A DNA stretch of 64,000 nt from NCBI GenBank assembly GCA_964016885.1, contig OZ024742.1:207142001-207206000 (forward strand). Direction: 5' to 3'. The position numbers were made by a program, and so were the translations under genes. Positions 25,228 to 37,637 of this stretch are shown here, in pieces. The notes beneath the pieces are model-generated. The model was not told where the DNA came from and ran no database searches. It saw only the letters and a list, made by a program, of their open reading frames with translations. The stretch is from Eledone cirrhosa. Taxonomy: Eukaryota. The stretch's first letter is position 1; each line of letters starts with the position of its first letter.

Positions 25228-27300
25228 ATGTGCTAGTATAAATGAGAGAACCACTTCAAAAATTCCCAAATACAATCCAAAATAAAAAAAAGAAATCATA
25301 GAAGAATTAGAACCTGATCTTACTGAGTTAAATGAAATCATTTATGCATCTGCTATAGAGTAATTAAAACAAGTTGCTTACCACCAGAACAACAAAGATA
25401 GTCTAATTTGAAAAATAAACCAATTTGGAGGAGTAGAATTGAAAAGGAGATTGACCTAATGAGAGGAGAAATATCTTTACTGAATAAGCTAATTGCTGGA
25501 ATAGATCTAAGTTCCAGGAAGGGAAGAAAGCTAAAGAGAAAATATGGACTTTCTTCTATAGAAGTACTAATAACAAAGGAAACCCTGAAACAAAAAGTCC
25601 AAGTAAAAGCCCAAGTAGATTGAGAAACGAAACAACTTCTACATGTAAAATAAGTTGTTGTCATCGAATGCCAAGTCATTTTATAAAGAAATAAGAACGG
25701 AGAAAATAACTATTGAAGACCCCCCCCCCCCCCCTATCCATAGAAGAAATTGAAAACTTTTGTAGAAAGATTTGGAGTGATGAGAAGTCATATAATGCTA
25801 ATGTAGATTGGATTAGTCGCTTGGAAAAATCCTACACAAATTTACAAGAACAGGCATGGTAAGACATCTCTATAGCAGAATTAAGGACAGCACTCAATAA
25901 AACCCATGAGTGGAAATCTCCTGGTAGAGATAGGGTGGCAAATTTCTGGCTTTCCTCACTCCCGTACACTCACAATATATTACTCAAGCTGTTCAACAGA
26001 ATTATGAATTAAGATCCAAAAAATACAGCTGACTGGATAGCAAGTGGCATTACTTACCTTCTCCTAAAGAACAATGAAACTAAGGATCCAAAATGATATC
26101 GGTCTATAATCTGCTTGTCCACCACTTATAAGCTATTAACCTCTATTCTCATGGAGAAAGCACACGAGTATTTGTAGGAGAGCAATATTTTCCCCATTGA
26201 ACAAAAAGGGTGCCGACGAGGTTCATGTGATTGTAAAGATCTACTCTTGATTAATCGTATGATCCTTGAGAACTGTCATAATAAACACAGAAATCTCAGT
26301 TCTGCATGGATCGAATACAAAAAAGCTTTTGACAGAATACCGCACTCATGGATTCTGAAATCACTGGACATCTTCAAAATCTCACCTACGATTTCAAACT
26401 TCTTGAAACACAAAATGTCATTGTGGAACAAAACTCTCCAATTATTTCATTCCAATGGAGTACTAAGTTCTAAGAATATAAACATCAACTGTGGCATATT
26501 CCAAGATGATTCACTTCTCTATTATTTTTTTACATAGCTTTACATCCGAACTTAATAGAACAGGGTACTGTTACAAAATTGACAACAAGAAAATAAGCTA
26601 CCTATTTTATATGGAGGATTTAAAGTCATATTGCAAAGACAATGATGAGCTGGAAGGTCTTTTGCTGACAGTAAAAACATTTAGTGATGACATGAAGATG
26701 GAGTCTGAACTTGATAAGTGTGCCAAAGCCACTGTCAAGAAGGTGAAGCTTGTCAACTCAAACTCAGTTGAAATAGATGCTGAAACAGTCATAAAAGAAC
26801 TTGAGCAAGAACAAACCTATAAATACTTAGGGATTAATGAGGGCTCTGGCATACAGCATGCAAGAATGAAAGAGAGGATAAGGAAGGAATATTACAGGAG
26901 AGTACGCGCAGTTCTGAAATCAGAACTAAATGCTAACAAGGTGTTGGCCCTAAATTTCTTGGCCGTTCCAGTTGTCACTTATAGCTTTGGTGTGTTGAAC
27001 TGGAATATAAGTGAAATTAAAAGAATCGACACCAAAATCCATAAGACTTGTAATAGGATGCACCTCCCGAAATCAGATGTGGCCGTGAACTTACCGACAA
27101 GACCACCACTATTGGACTGGCCAAATACATTGAAACAACAAACGACTGTATGCTGAAACGTGTTGAAAAACATGAGAGAAGACAGAAGCTTCATTCCATC
27201 TGTTGGACAGACTGAGGAAACTGTTGCAATTGATGCTGCTAAGCACATCAAATTAATGGCAATAGCAAAAGGTCAAGAGCAATTTGCATCAAAGTGTGGA
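25228..27300 (+). pseudogene. Decayed R4/Dong-like non-LTR retrotransposon (N-terminal region and RT)
   Basis: Starts right after (TAA)n; PIWRSRIEKEI, WIEYKKAFD, CGIFQDDSL, FYMEDLK and YKYLG motifs; many stops and frameshifts. Confidence 0.85.
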
Positions 27301-28249
27301 TGTAGATGTGTGTGTGTGAGAAGAGCACTATCTCTGTAAGAATTATATCTTTGCTTGTATGTATGCATGTGTGTGTTTGGGCGTGCGTGCATGGATATCT
27401 ATTATTTATATATATGTATGTGTATGTACATGTGTATGTACATGTGTATGTTTGTGTGAGTATATATGTATGTGTACATGTGTGTGTGTGTATATATATA
27501 TGTGTGTGTGTGTGCATGTATATGTATATATACATGTGCGTAAGTATATGTGTGTATGTGTGTGTGTATATATATGTATGTGTATGTATATATGTGTGTA
27601 TATATGTATATGTGTGTATATATGTGTCAGGAAGACACTCGGCATATATCAGAGACAATACTGAAGGAAAAGGAAAAAAAAAACAACAACAATAATAATA
27701 ACAACAACAACAACAATAATGAGAGTTAAGGGTATAAATAATGGGGCCAGTGTTAAAGGTGGTAGTGATGGTGGTATTGGTTGTCATTAAGAAGATCTTT
27801 TGTCTACCTTGGGGTATGGTGTGGGTGGAAATGGCGAAAGCTTCAGTAGTGGAGAGGGTGGGGGAAAGTGACCTGTTGGTAATAGTGTATTCGGTGACGG
27901 AGAAGAATGTGAGTGACATAACATTTGCTGGTGCTGTTGGTGTCTGTGGCGGTTCCCTAGCTGTATGACAATTAAGGATCGTAGAAGATGGGGGGTGAAA
28001 CTTGGTTCGCGACAAAAAAAGTGGGGTAGAAAAATTGACTACGTAAATGTATCAGTTTACTGATGCCAAAAATGTTGCTCCTCCCTTCACATACCACACA
28101 CAAAATTCTTACCCGCTCACTGTAACAACCCTTTAACCCTCTAAACCCTTCATATCTAACCCATTTTTTTCCCCTCAAATTGCCAGAAATAACCACTGGT
28201 CGTTTCGTGTTGGTGGGAAACAAGGTTATTCAGTTAGAAAAGGATGTGA

Positions 28250-28281
<32 letters not shown>

Positions 28282-28287
<6 letters not shown>

Positions 28288-28638
28288 AATAGGATTTCGC
28301 TTCAAGCATAGCTTTATACAATATGTATAAATATTTCGTATCTCCGAAGAAATACGGTTTTAGGAAGCCGTAGCTATGCAAACACCGGGGGGGGGGGGGG
28401 GGGGGGGTAACGCCCTCTGGTGATGTCCAGCAGAAGCAAGGGGGACCACCGTATATGCATTTCAGGCTTAACTGGCCTTCGTCAGGATGGTCCCTCCCAC
28501 CGCTTGCGACTGATGGACTAGAACACAGGCGAGAATATATACTTTTCTCGTCGGTGTAAATGAGGTGATTAATCTCATTTGCATATGAAGCTGCATAAGA
28601 CTTATGATAAAAAAGAAATAGGATTTCGCTACAAGCAT
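28282..28638 (-). mobile_element. Retrozyme-like unit: 329-bp period with 28-bp terminal redundancy and a hammerhead motif
   Basis: Direct repeats at 28282-28309 and 28611-28638 (27/28 identical); many internal hairpins; hammerhead core on the minus strand. Confidence 0.55.
28442..28494 (-). ncRNA. Type I hammerhead motif, third family
   Basis: Minus strand reads gggaccatc-CTGACGA-aggc cagttaa gcct-GAAA-tgcata-TA-c-ggtggtccc; 9-bp stem I, one extra nucleotide at the cleavage site. Confidence 0.65.
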
Positions 28639-29442
28639 TTGTTCTCATCTATCCCTAGGTATCTGTAGCAGTCCTCATCAGATATCGGTGAAACAATTAG
28701 GCCATTGATGACAATGTTTATAGATTGGGTTGTTGTTTTTCCCCGCTTTACAGTCATGTATGAGCATTTATCTTGGCCAAACTCCATTCCTACGTCCTTT
28801 GATATATCCAATATTTTTCTTCATCCCATCCATGTTCTTGGCATAGAGTTTCAGATCGTCCACAAAGTAATTATGGGTTAGGTTCTTATTTCTGTCCTCC
28901 TGTGAGCCAATGATGTATCCTTCACATTTCTTGAGCAGAAAGGACAAGTGGTTTAATGACAAGATGAATAATATCACAGAGAGTCTGTCCCCCTGAAATA
29001 TACCCCTGCAATATTTTATTTTATCAGTGAAAATAGAGTTCTCCCTCTCTGTCTTTAACCTTAGGATAGTAACCCAAGAAGAAGACAGCCTCTCTATGGA
29101 TCTGACAATAATGTCTGGGACTTTAGCAATTTGGAGGGCCTCTATCATCCAAGAGTGGGGAACAGAAGCGAAAGCTTTCCTGTAGTCCAGCCAGACTGTA
29201 GCCATCCGACATCCGACATCGCAGTTTTGTTGATTAGGAGTTGTTCAGCACATCCCCAAACCCCTTTCTTTCCAGCTGTTTGTTCATCTGTGATTTTCAC
29301 AGTGATCTTGGAGGAATAGGTTCAGGCAGGCTGTATACATCCTATACATCAGGTTCTGGCATGCAATGGATCGGTAGTTTTTTGCCAAGTGGGTGACTTT
29401 GTTCTTGGGGACCAGTAATGTTTGTGCTAATGTCAACCATTC
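28639..29442 (-). pseudogene. Decayed R4/Dong-like RT fragment, distinct family
   Basis: NYRSIAC, WLDYRKAF, GIFQGD, YFVDDLK and YRYLG motifs; 5' end abuts (TACA)n at 29443-29525. Confidence 0.85.
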
Positions 29443-30189
29443 TATGTATGTATGTATGTATGTATGTATGTATGTATGTATGTATGTATGTATGTATGTA
29501 TGTATGTATGTATGTATGTATGTATACACGCTGTCTTTTCGTGGAGTAAGTTTTGATTAATTTTTGCATTCTGAAACATCAAAATACAACACAATGTTTG
29601 CTCACTAGAATCGGGAAATATCCTGACAGAAGTTGTTCAAGTTACACAAATATTCTCTTATATTTTCCCAGAGCAATCTTTATTTACATTTTACCTTTTA
29701 CATTTACTTACAATATAATGTAACATAGCTAAATTTAAAATTCAAATTTTGAAAGAAGAAAATGGACAAATGAACTAGATACATCTCACTGCCCCCGCCA
29801 CCACAATAACGTCTACACTCTTTCCCCACCACCACATTTACATTTACACAAGTCATTACCCTATCTAGACTAAGGTCACTGACCTGTTGCCAAACTCTCT
29901 ACTATGTGTGTGTGTGTATATATATATATGTATGTGTATATATATATATATATATATCACTCAGTAAAAACGACAAAGTTTCAACCCCAACATCTACAAC
30001 AACAACAACCCCGGCACCAATGTCTACAGCAACAACAGCATCAAAATGAAATGAACACCAACATTAAGAGGGACAACACCAACATTTACAACGATAAAAA
30101 AATTTAAATGACGCCAAACAACAACATCAACTGCCACCACCATCACCATCCACCACCACCACCACCATCACCAGTGATAGGGCCATCGC

Positions 30190-30670
30190 TTTGTTTTATC
30201 GACTCCATTGGGATGACAGGCAAGATTGACCTCGGCGGGATTTGAGCTCGGAACGTAGACGACCAATTATTATGATTTGCTGTAAAGCAATCATAATAAT
30301 TGTTACTACTTTTGGCACAAGGCCATCAATTAACCAGTACATTACTGGTACTTTATTTTATCGACCCCGTAAGGATGAAAGGCAAAGTTAACCTCGGCGG
30401 GATTTGAACACAGACCATAAAGCGCCGTAACTCTTTGCTGCAAAGCATGGCGTCCGACCCTCTATTAATACTGCCAATCCACCGCCCTCTACAATCATAA
30501 TAATTGTTTCTACTTTAGGCACAAGGCCAGCAATTACCCAGTGCATTACTGGTCCTTTATTTTATCGACCCCGTAAGGATGAAAGGCAAAGTCAACCTCG
30601 GCGGGAATTGAACTCAGATCGTAATGGGACGTAACTATGCTGGAAAGCATGGCGTCTACAATCATAATAA
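30190..30670 (-). mobile_element. Tandem trimer of the tRNA-derived SINE
   Basis: Core ttttatcgac..ggatga.aggcaa at about 30194, 30356 and 30560; junction caatcataata occurs three times. Confidence 0.8.
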
Positions 30671-30762
30671 AACTGAACAGTAACACACGAACGGCTTCAA
30701 TTATACGAACTCTTTCGAAAGTCAACAGTTGACATAATCTTGTATCAGTAATGACGATAATA

Positions 30763-30871
<109 letters not shown>

Positions 30872-30964
30872 GTGAGTGGTGTGTGTGTGTTTGTTTGTAT
30901 GCATGAGTGTTGGTGTATGCGTGTGGGAGTGTGTGTGAGTGAGGATGGGGTATGCGTGTCAATA

Positions 30965-31265
30965 AGTGAGGTTTTTTTCATGCTGCGCGGGGACATTGAT
31001 ATAATCGGGCTGGATACCCGATCGCGCAGTTAAATCACTGGGAATGGAGGACCCCTAGCCCTTGTCAGGGCATTCTTCTAGGAGAGTGCATCTCAGGAAA
31101 CTGGGTTAACTTCAACATAAAACCTGCGGCTCAGTAGTTACCGATGATGTTGATCTTTTCTTCTTTTCGGGTTATAGCTACTGTCGCTCAGAGAGTGGGA
31201 TTGGCTCAGTGCACAGTCTTTCCTCACTTTAAAAATATTCTTCACGCACAGGCATTGCACGATTG
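30965..31265 (+). other. Structured GC-richer segment, possibly an RTE-type LINE 5' UTR, ending at the duplication breakpoint
   Basis: Hairpins gctgcgcg/cgcgcagt and atcggg/cccgat; the tctaggagag..aaact..aaaacct pattern is recalled from RTE leaders and is unverified. Confidence 0.3.
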
Positions 31266-31327
31266 CATTAATTAATAATTATTAATAGTGTTATTACCAT
31301 TATTATTATTATTATTATTATTATTAC

Positions 31328-34170
31328 AGTTGCATTTATCTTGCTTTATGTTCATACGAGTTATCATCAAGTCACAACCAGTGACCTAAAGAGACAACAA
31401 GGTCCGCCATGTTCAAGGAAGAACATACATACTCACACATGCATCTTTAGTGTTTAGACTTGTGATGTACTTATATTGACAGAATCTTCCTTAGTATATG
31501 GGCAGTTCCCATTAGTACTATCGTTTGTATTTCTCCTATACGCGGGTTTCCTGGGATCTGCGATAAGTAATCATTAGACCCCTTAGGTATCATTCCTAGA
31601 GCGCCTACAACCACTGGTATTGTTTTAGTTCAAAATTTCCACATTTTTCCAATTTCTATCTCCAGGTCCTTATACTTGCTCAATTTTTCAAATGTTTTTA
31701 TAGATACATTCTTGTCTATTGGAACAGACATATCAATTAGCAGGCATACCCTCTTTTTAAAGTCCTTCAATATTATATCAGGTCTATTTGCATCTATTTG
31801 TCGGTCTGTTTGGATGCTAAAGTTCCACAAGATTGAGATGTGATCTTTTTCAAGTATGGGAGGTGGTTGATGCTCCCACCAATTCTTTTGATGGGGCAGG
31901 TCAAAATGCTTACACATTATCCAATGTATGTATTGTGCAGCTCTGTCATGCCTGTTTAGGTATTCGGTTGGAGCTTTAAGACTGCACATTGAAATTATAT
32001 GGTCAATCGTCTCTGGTTGTTTTTTGCATACACGGCATAATGGGCTGCATCCATTTTTTATTATGTTGGCTTGGTAATTTTTTGTTGGCAGACACTGATC
32101 TTGTGCTGATATAATCAGTCCTTCAGTCTCCGATTTCAGTCCAGAGGATATTTTGAAAATCTCTAAACATTTTTCAATCCAACTGTGTGGCAAACTATCG
32201 AATGCTTTTTTATAATCTATCCAAGCAATCGATAGATTTTTGTGTCTATTATGACAATCTTCCAGTATCATTTTGTTAACCAGAAGCTGATCCTTACAGC
32301 CATATGAGCCTCGTTTACACCCTTTCTGCTCAATGGGAAATAGGTCATTTGTTATCAGGTGGTCATATGTGTATTCAGTTAGGACTGATGTTAAAATTTT
32401 ATACATTGTGGTCAAGCAAGTTATCGGTCTGTAATTTTTGGGATTGTTTGTCTCATCATTCTTCGGAAGCAGGAATGTAATGCCGTTAACTAGCCATGAT
32501 GGTATCTTTCTGGCTCCTTAACTATTTCATTGTAAAGTTGGGCTAACAGCTCATGAGACTCTGTGAAGGCATTTATCCAAAATTTTGTATTTTGTCTTTT
32601 CCTGGGGATTTTCATTTGCTGGTTTTTCTTAGAGCCAAGCGCAACTGTTCAACTGTTATATTTTCCCATATTTGTTCCTCAAGGTGAGCTGTATCTTTCA
32701 TTTGTCTGTCTATCCATGGGGCATGTATGTTATGAACTTTTTCTTCGGCCCAGATCTTTTCCCAGAATTCTTGCACTTCCTCCTTGGTATTGATTTAGCA
32801 GTTATTGTTGACTTACCAATTTTTCTGTAGAAGTTTCTTTGGTTGTTTTTGAACATATTATTGTCCTTATAGAATCTAGATCGTTTTTCAAAGCGCCTTA
32901 TACGAGCAGCTTTGGCCGACACTTTTTGCTTGATTATTTCTATTAGCATGTCTATGTCACATGTTGATTTTATACTGTACTTTTTTTTCAATTTTCTAAG
33001 TTTAGTTTGTTTAACAAGTTCACCTACTTTATAGTTTGTTAAAATTTCTATGTCAGATCGGAGAAGGTTGATTTGGCGATTGATGTTCTCTTGCCAAGTA
33101 GATTTCTTGTGGGAATTCCTTTGTTTTTTCATCTTCACTCCACATAAGTGAGTGGTGACTTTAGCCGATGCATAATAGAGATGATTTAAATCAGTAATGT
33201 TTAGTTTGTTTGTGATGATAATGTTTTTGAGAATTATGTTAGTCTTGTGTATTATCTTTTGGTTCTGTTTGGAGTTCTGGATCTTAGGGAGGGTGTCTCG
33301 TTGCCTCATGTCAGATTCTTTCATTTTCATCCATTCGATCATAATTTCATCCTTCAAGTTGGCAAGTTCATTCTCATTCATTTCTTTATCATTTACGATC
33401 TCATTATTTTCATTTGGAGTTTCATCCTGAGCATGCACTCCCTCCACTTTTTCGATCCTTTCTTTAATTTGTTCTGTTGCCAGTGATTCCGCCCCAACCC
33501 TGGGGTTCGAAGTGTTACAGTTTACCTCGTTTTCACTGACACATGTTTCATTTTTCCTTCGCTGACTTTGTGCTAATAGCTTGATCTGATCAATTTCTAT
33601 ATCAGTTAGTAACTTTTTTCTTACAATATTTCTTCGTATATTGGCTAGTTTGTTACTGTCAATATAGCCTCTGTTTTCGGGATATTTCTTTTTCCAGTTG
33701 ATATATGTCTGTTCTGTATTTGATGTATTTGATGGGTAGTACATGGCAGTGTAGAAAGCCTCAAGGACTTCTTTATTATCTTCCCTTGACCATTTTTCTC
33801 TCTTTTTCTTTGGATTTCTTGGTGGTGAGCATGGAGGGCCAACTGTAGGATTATTCCGGTTATGGGAGGTCTCCAGCTCCGAAGTGATGGGAAGGTTTGA
33901 ACCATTAGCTGATTTTTCGACCCCAGTCTGGTTCCTCTCTGAGGGACGCGGCCCTTTTTTACCCGGGTGACGGCCGATCCGGTATGAGGATTTTATCATT
34001 AGACATTTACTTTATTTTGTCGCGTTTTATCCTTATCCGCCAAGGGGTAATCATTTCGTGTTACCACTTCTAGAACGAGTGTCAACCAAGACTAGAGGGG
34101 CCGTTCTCCCCTAGAGACACGGCTATTCCCCGCCGGCCGCCATCCCGGTATTTCTTGGTCACGGGGTTTT
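31328..34170 (-). mobile_element. R4/Dong-like family A copy A1: 5' end present, 1110-bp internal deletion, frameshifts
   Basis: N-terminal ORF 32710-33999; ORF 31630-32415 fuses RT motif WIDYKKAFD to the CCHC/RHD/PD..D RLE; (TAA)n tail. Confidence 0.9.
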
Positions 34171-35265
34171 CTTTTTGTTGTTTTTTTTAAATTGTTATTA
34201 TCATGAGTGGTTCCTTAATGTGAGCATTGCGTGGCTTAAGAATGAAATTATTAATAATTGTCTCCACTTCAGGCACAAGGCCAGCAATCACCCAGTGCAT
34301 TACAATAATATAATATACTTTTTGCTGTAGTTGCCTGTCATTGTTGTTGGCTATGTCAGTGGTGGTGCCGGGGCTTTTTATATTGTTGGTGAGGAAGGGG
34401 TAAGCTAGCAGTCCCATAGTTGTTGATGTTGACGTTTGGCCGGTGGCCAGGTCACTAAGTCAATCTATTTATATCTTTTGCTAGCCTCTCCCTTGTCTAG
34501 TGATACCGCCACCTTCCCCTTTCTCTCTCAAGTTAACAGGGGAATAGTGGTGGTAGCAATGAAGGAGTGGTGGCGGCGGTGATGGGATAGTGGTAGCAAG
34601 ATGATGGATGGGGTGGTGGCGGCGGTGGCTTTGTGGTTACTGGGTTTTGTGATATGTAGTATCTATGAGTTTGTGTTCGTATGTTTAATATATATTGTGT
34701 TGACATATTCCCGTAAAATTGGAATTAAACATTTTGTTAAAATTTCAGACAATAATAATAGTAATTATTATTATCATGCCGGGATTGATGGTGGTGGTGG
34801 TGTATCAACTTTCTGGTGTTGGTGAAATTGCTGTTATTTGGCTGTTCTATATAGTGTAGACAGAGGGTGTTTTCTTCCATTTATAACCATCTTCTTTTTT
34901 TTGAATACAAAATATATAATACAAAATTGAATATTTGAGCGATATAACAATATAATATGGATCCGAAATTTTATGGGACTTCATTCGGTTGATTATGCAA
35001 CATTTGTACTAAAAATTGTTATTTCACAATTGATTTAAATATGTTAAAAATCAAAAACTTACGGGAGCGATTTCATGACCTTCTACCACCTCGTGCGTCT
35101 TCTTCCCTTATTCATTTGGAGTTTCATCGTGAGCATGCTCTCGTTGTTTTTTCATATATGAATGAAGTTCGGTTGGCTGATGCAGTCACGTGAATAAGCA
35201 CATCAGCTTTCGCGCCAGTTTGTTTGAATTACTTTTTACTTTTAACTTATTATTATTATTATTAT

Positions 35266-37564
35266 TTGCATTTATCTTGCTTTATGTTTATACGAGTTAT
35301 CACCAAGTCACAACCAGTGACCTCAAGAGACAACAAGGTCCGCCATGTTCAAGAAAGAACACACATATTCACACATGCATCCTTAGTGTTTAGACTTGTG
35401 ATGTACTTATATTGACAGGATCTTCCTTAGTATATGGGCAGTTCCCATTAGTACTATCTTTTGTATTTCTCCTATACGCGGGTTTCCTGGGATTTGCGAT
35501 AAGTAGTCGTTAGACCCCTTAGGTATCATTCCCAGAGCGCCTACAACCACTGGTATTGTTTTAGTTCTCAATTTCCACATTTTTCCAATTTCTATCTCCA
35601 GGTCCTTATACTTGCTCAATTTTTCAAATGTTTTTATAGATACATTCTTGCCTATTGGAACAGACATATCAATTAGCAGGCATACCCTCCTTTGAAAGTC
35701 CTTCAATATTATATCAGGTCTATTTGCATCTATTTTTCGGTCTGTTTGGATGCTAAAGTTCCACAAGATTGAGATGTGATCTTTTTCAAGTATGGGAGGT
35801 GGTTGATGCTCCCACCAATTCTTTTGATGGGGCAGGTCAAAATGCTTGCACATTATCCAATGTATGTATTGTGCAGCTCTGTCATGCCTGTTTAGGTATT
35901 CGGTTGGAGCTATAGGACTGCACATTGAAATTATATGGTCAATGGTCTCTGGTTGTTTTTTGCATACACGGCATAATGGGCTGCACCCATTTTTTATCAT
36001 GTTGGCTTGGTAATTTTTTGTTGGCAGACACTGATCTTGTGCGGATATAATCAGTCCTTCAGTCTCCGATTTCAGTCCAGAGGATGCCAACCACTGATGG
36101 GTTAAAGTTTTGTCAACATCAGGATTGTTAGCTCGCTCTGGGTATTTTCCACACAGAGGCTTTTCTTGCCATTTCTTAGCCAGTTTCTGTAGCAGTTCTT
36201 TCTTTGCAGTTACTTTTACCTGCTTTGCTTTTTCTGTGTTTTCCATTTCAGCAGTAAATGGGACTTCTGAAATTTGTAGTCCATTACTGTATCTTTGTGC
36301 ATCTTTTGTAATGGAATATGATCTTTTGGTGCTTTCGTGTTTCAAAACGAGTTTGATCATCCAATCATGTGATTCCCTTAGATATGTGGATAATCCAATT
36401 GTTGCAGTTTTCAACGCAATGTCTAACTGGATTAACCCACGTCCTCCTTCTTTCCTAGGGAGATATATTCTATCTATGTCTGCCTTAGGGTGATGCATTC
36501 TGTGCATGGTTAATAATTTTCGGATTTTTGTATCGAGCCTACGGATCTCTGTGCTTGACCAGTTGATGACATTGTAACTGTAGGTTACTACTGGTATGGC
36601 AAGCGTGTTTATGGCATCGATCCTATTCCTTGCATTCAATTCCGTTCTTAAGATTGCTCTGACTCTGCGGTAACATTCCTTCCTTATCCTTTCCCTCATT
36701 GTCGAGTGCTTGATTCCGTCTCCTTCACAAACACCTAGATATTTGTAAGTTTGTTCTTGATCAAGCTCTCTTATCACGTTCCCCCGATCAAGATTAATGT
36801 CTGAACTCTTCAGCAGCTTTCCTCTGGTGAACGTTGCTTTGGCGCATTTATCCAGTCCAAACTCCATTTTAATGTCATCACTGAACTGCTTCACAGAGGA
36901 TAATAGCCCTTGCAATTGTTCATCATTTTTTACAAATAGTTTCAGGTCATCCATGTAGAACAGGTGATTAATGGTTTTGTCATAGACTCTATATCCATGT
37001 TTTGTTTCATTGAGCATTTTACTTAATGGTATAAGTGCGATGCAGAATAAAAGCGGTGATAAAGAGTCACCCTGAAAAATTCCACAATTAATGTTAACTT
37101 CTCCAGCTTCCAGTGATTTTGTTTCACTATTCAAAAGGAGTGTCGTTCTCCATGTCCTCATACTGAATGACAAAAACCTCCTGATAACGGGGGATATTTT
37201 GAAAATCTCTAAACATTTTTCAATCCAACTGTGTGGCAAACTATCAAATGCTTTTTTATAATCTATCCAAGCAATCGATAGATTTTTGTGTCTATTATGA
37301 CAATCTTCCAGTATCATTTTGTTAACCAGAAGCTGATCCTTACAGCCATATGAGCCTCGTTTACACCCTTTCTGCTCAATGGGAAATAGGTCATTTGTTA
37401 TCAGGTGGTCTTATGTGTATTCAGTTAGGACTGATGTTAAAATTTTATACATTGTGGTCAAGCAGGTTATCGGTCTGTAATTTTTGGGATTGTTTGTCTC
37501 ATCATTCTTCGGTAGCAGGAATGTAATGCCGTTAACTAGCCATGATGGTATCTTTTCTGGCTCC

Positions 37565-37568
<4 letters not shown>
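35266..37568 (-). mobile_element. R4/Dong-like family A copy A2, 5'-truncated
   Basis: (TAA)n on both sides; RT-RLE ORF; 3' UTR matches A1. Confidence 0.92.
35407..37317 (-). CDS. RT plus CCHC and restriction-like endonuclease (partial ORF of the truncated element)
   Basis: [38 protein letters not shown] and KLSKYKDL motifs. Confidence 0.88.
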   Translation of the reverse strand: MILEDCHNRHKNLSIAWIDYKKAFDSLPHSWIEKCLEIFKISPVIRRFLSFSMRTWRTTLLLNSETKSLEAGEVNINCGIFQGDSLSPLLFCIALIPLSKMLNETKHGYRVYDKTINHLFYMDDLKLFVKNDEQLQGLLSSVKQFSDDIKMEFGLDKCAKATFTRGKLLKSSDINLDRGNVIRELDQEQTYKYLGVCEGDGIKHSTMRERIRKECYRRVRAILRTELNARNRIDAINTLAIPVVTYSYNVINWSSTEIRRLDTKIRKLLTMHRMHHPKADIDRIYLPRKEGGRGLIQLDIALKTATIGLSTYLRESHDWMIKLVLKHESTKRSYSITKDAQRYSNGLQISEVPFTAEMENTEKAKQVKVTAKKELLQKLAKKWQEKPLCGKYPERANNPDVDKTLTHQWLASSGLKSETEGLIISAQDQCLPTKNYQANMIKNGCSPLCRVCKKQPETIDHIISMCSPIAPTEYLNRHDRAAQYIHWIMCKHFDLPHQKNWWEHQPPPILEKDHISILWNFSIQTDRKIDANRPDIILKDFQRRVCLLIDMSVPIGKNVSIKTFEKLSKYKDLEIEIGKMWKLRTKTIPVVVGALGMIPKGSNDYLSQIPGNPRIGEIQKIVLMGTAHILRKILSI

Positions 37569-37629
<61 letters not shown>

Positions 37630-37637
37630 GTTGTTAT

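Noticed and set aside
32140-32160. A1 deletion as a spliced-out intron
   Set aside because: Deleted segment lacks GT-AG ends; microhomology explains it.
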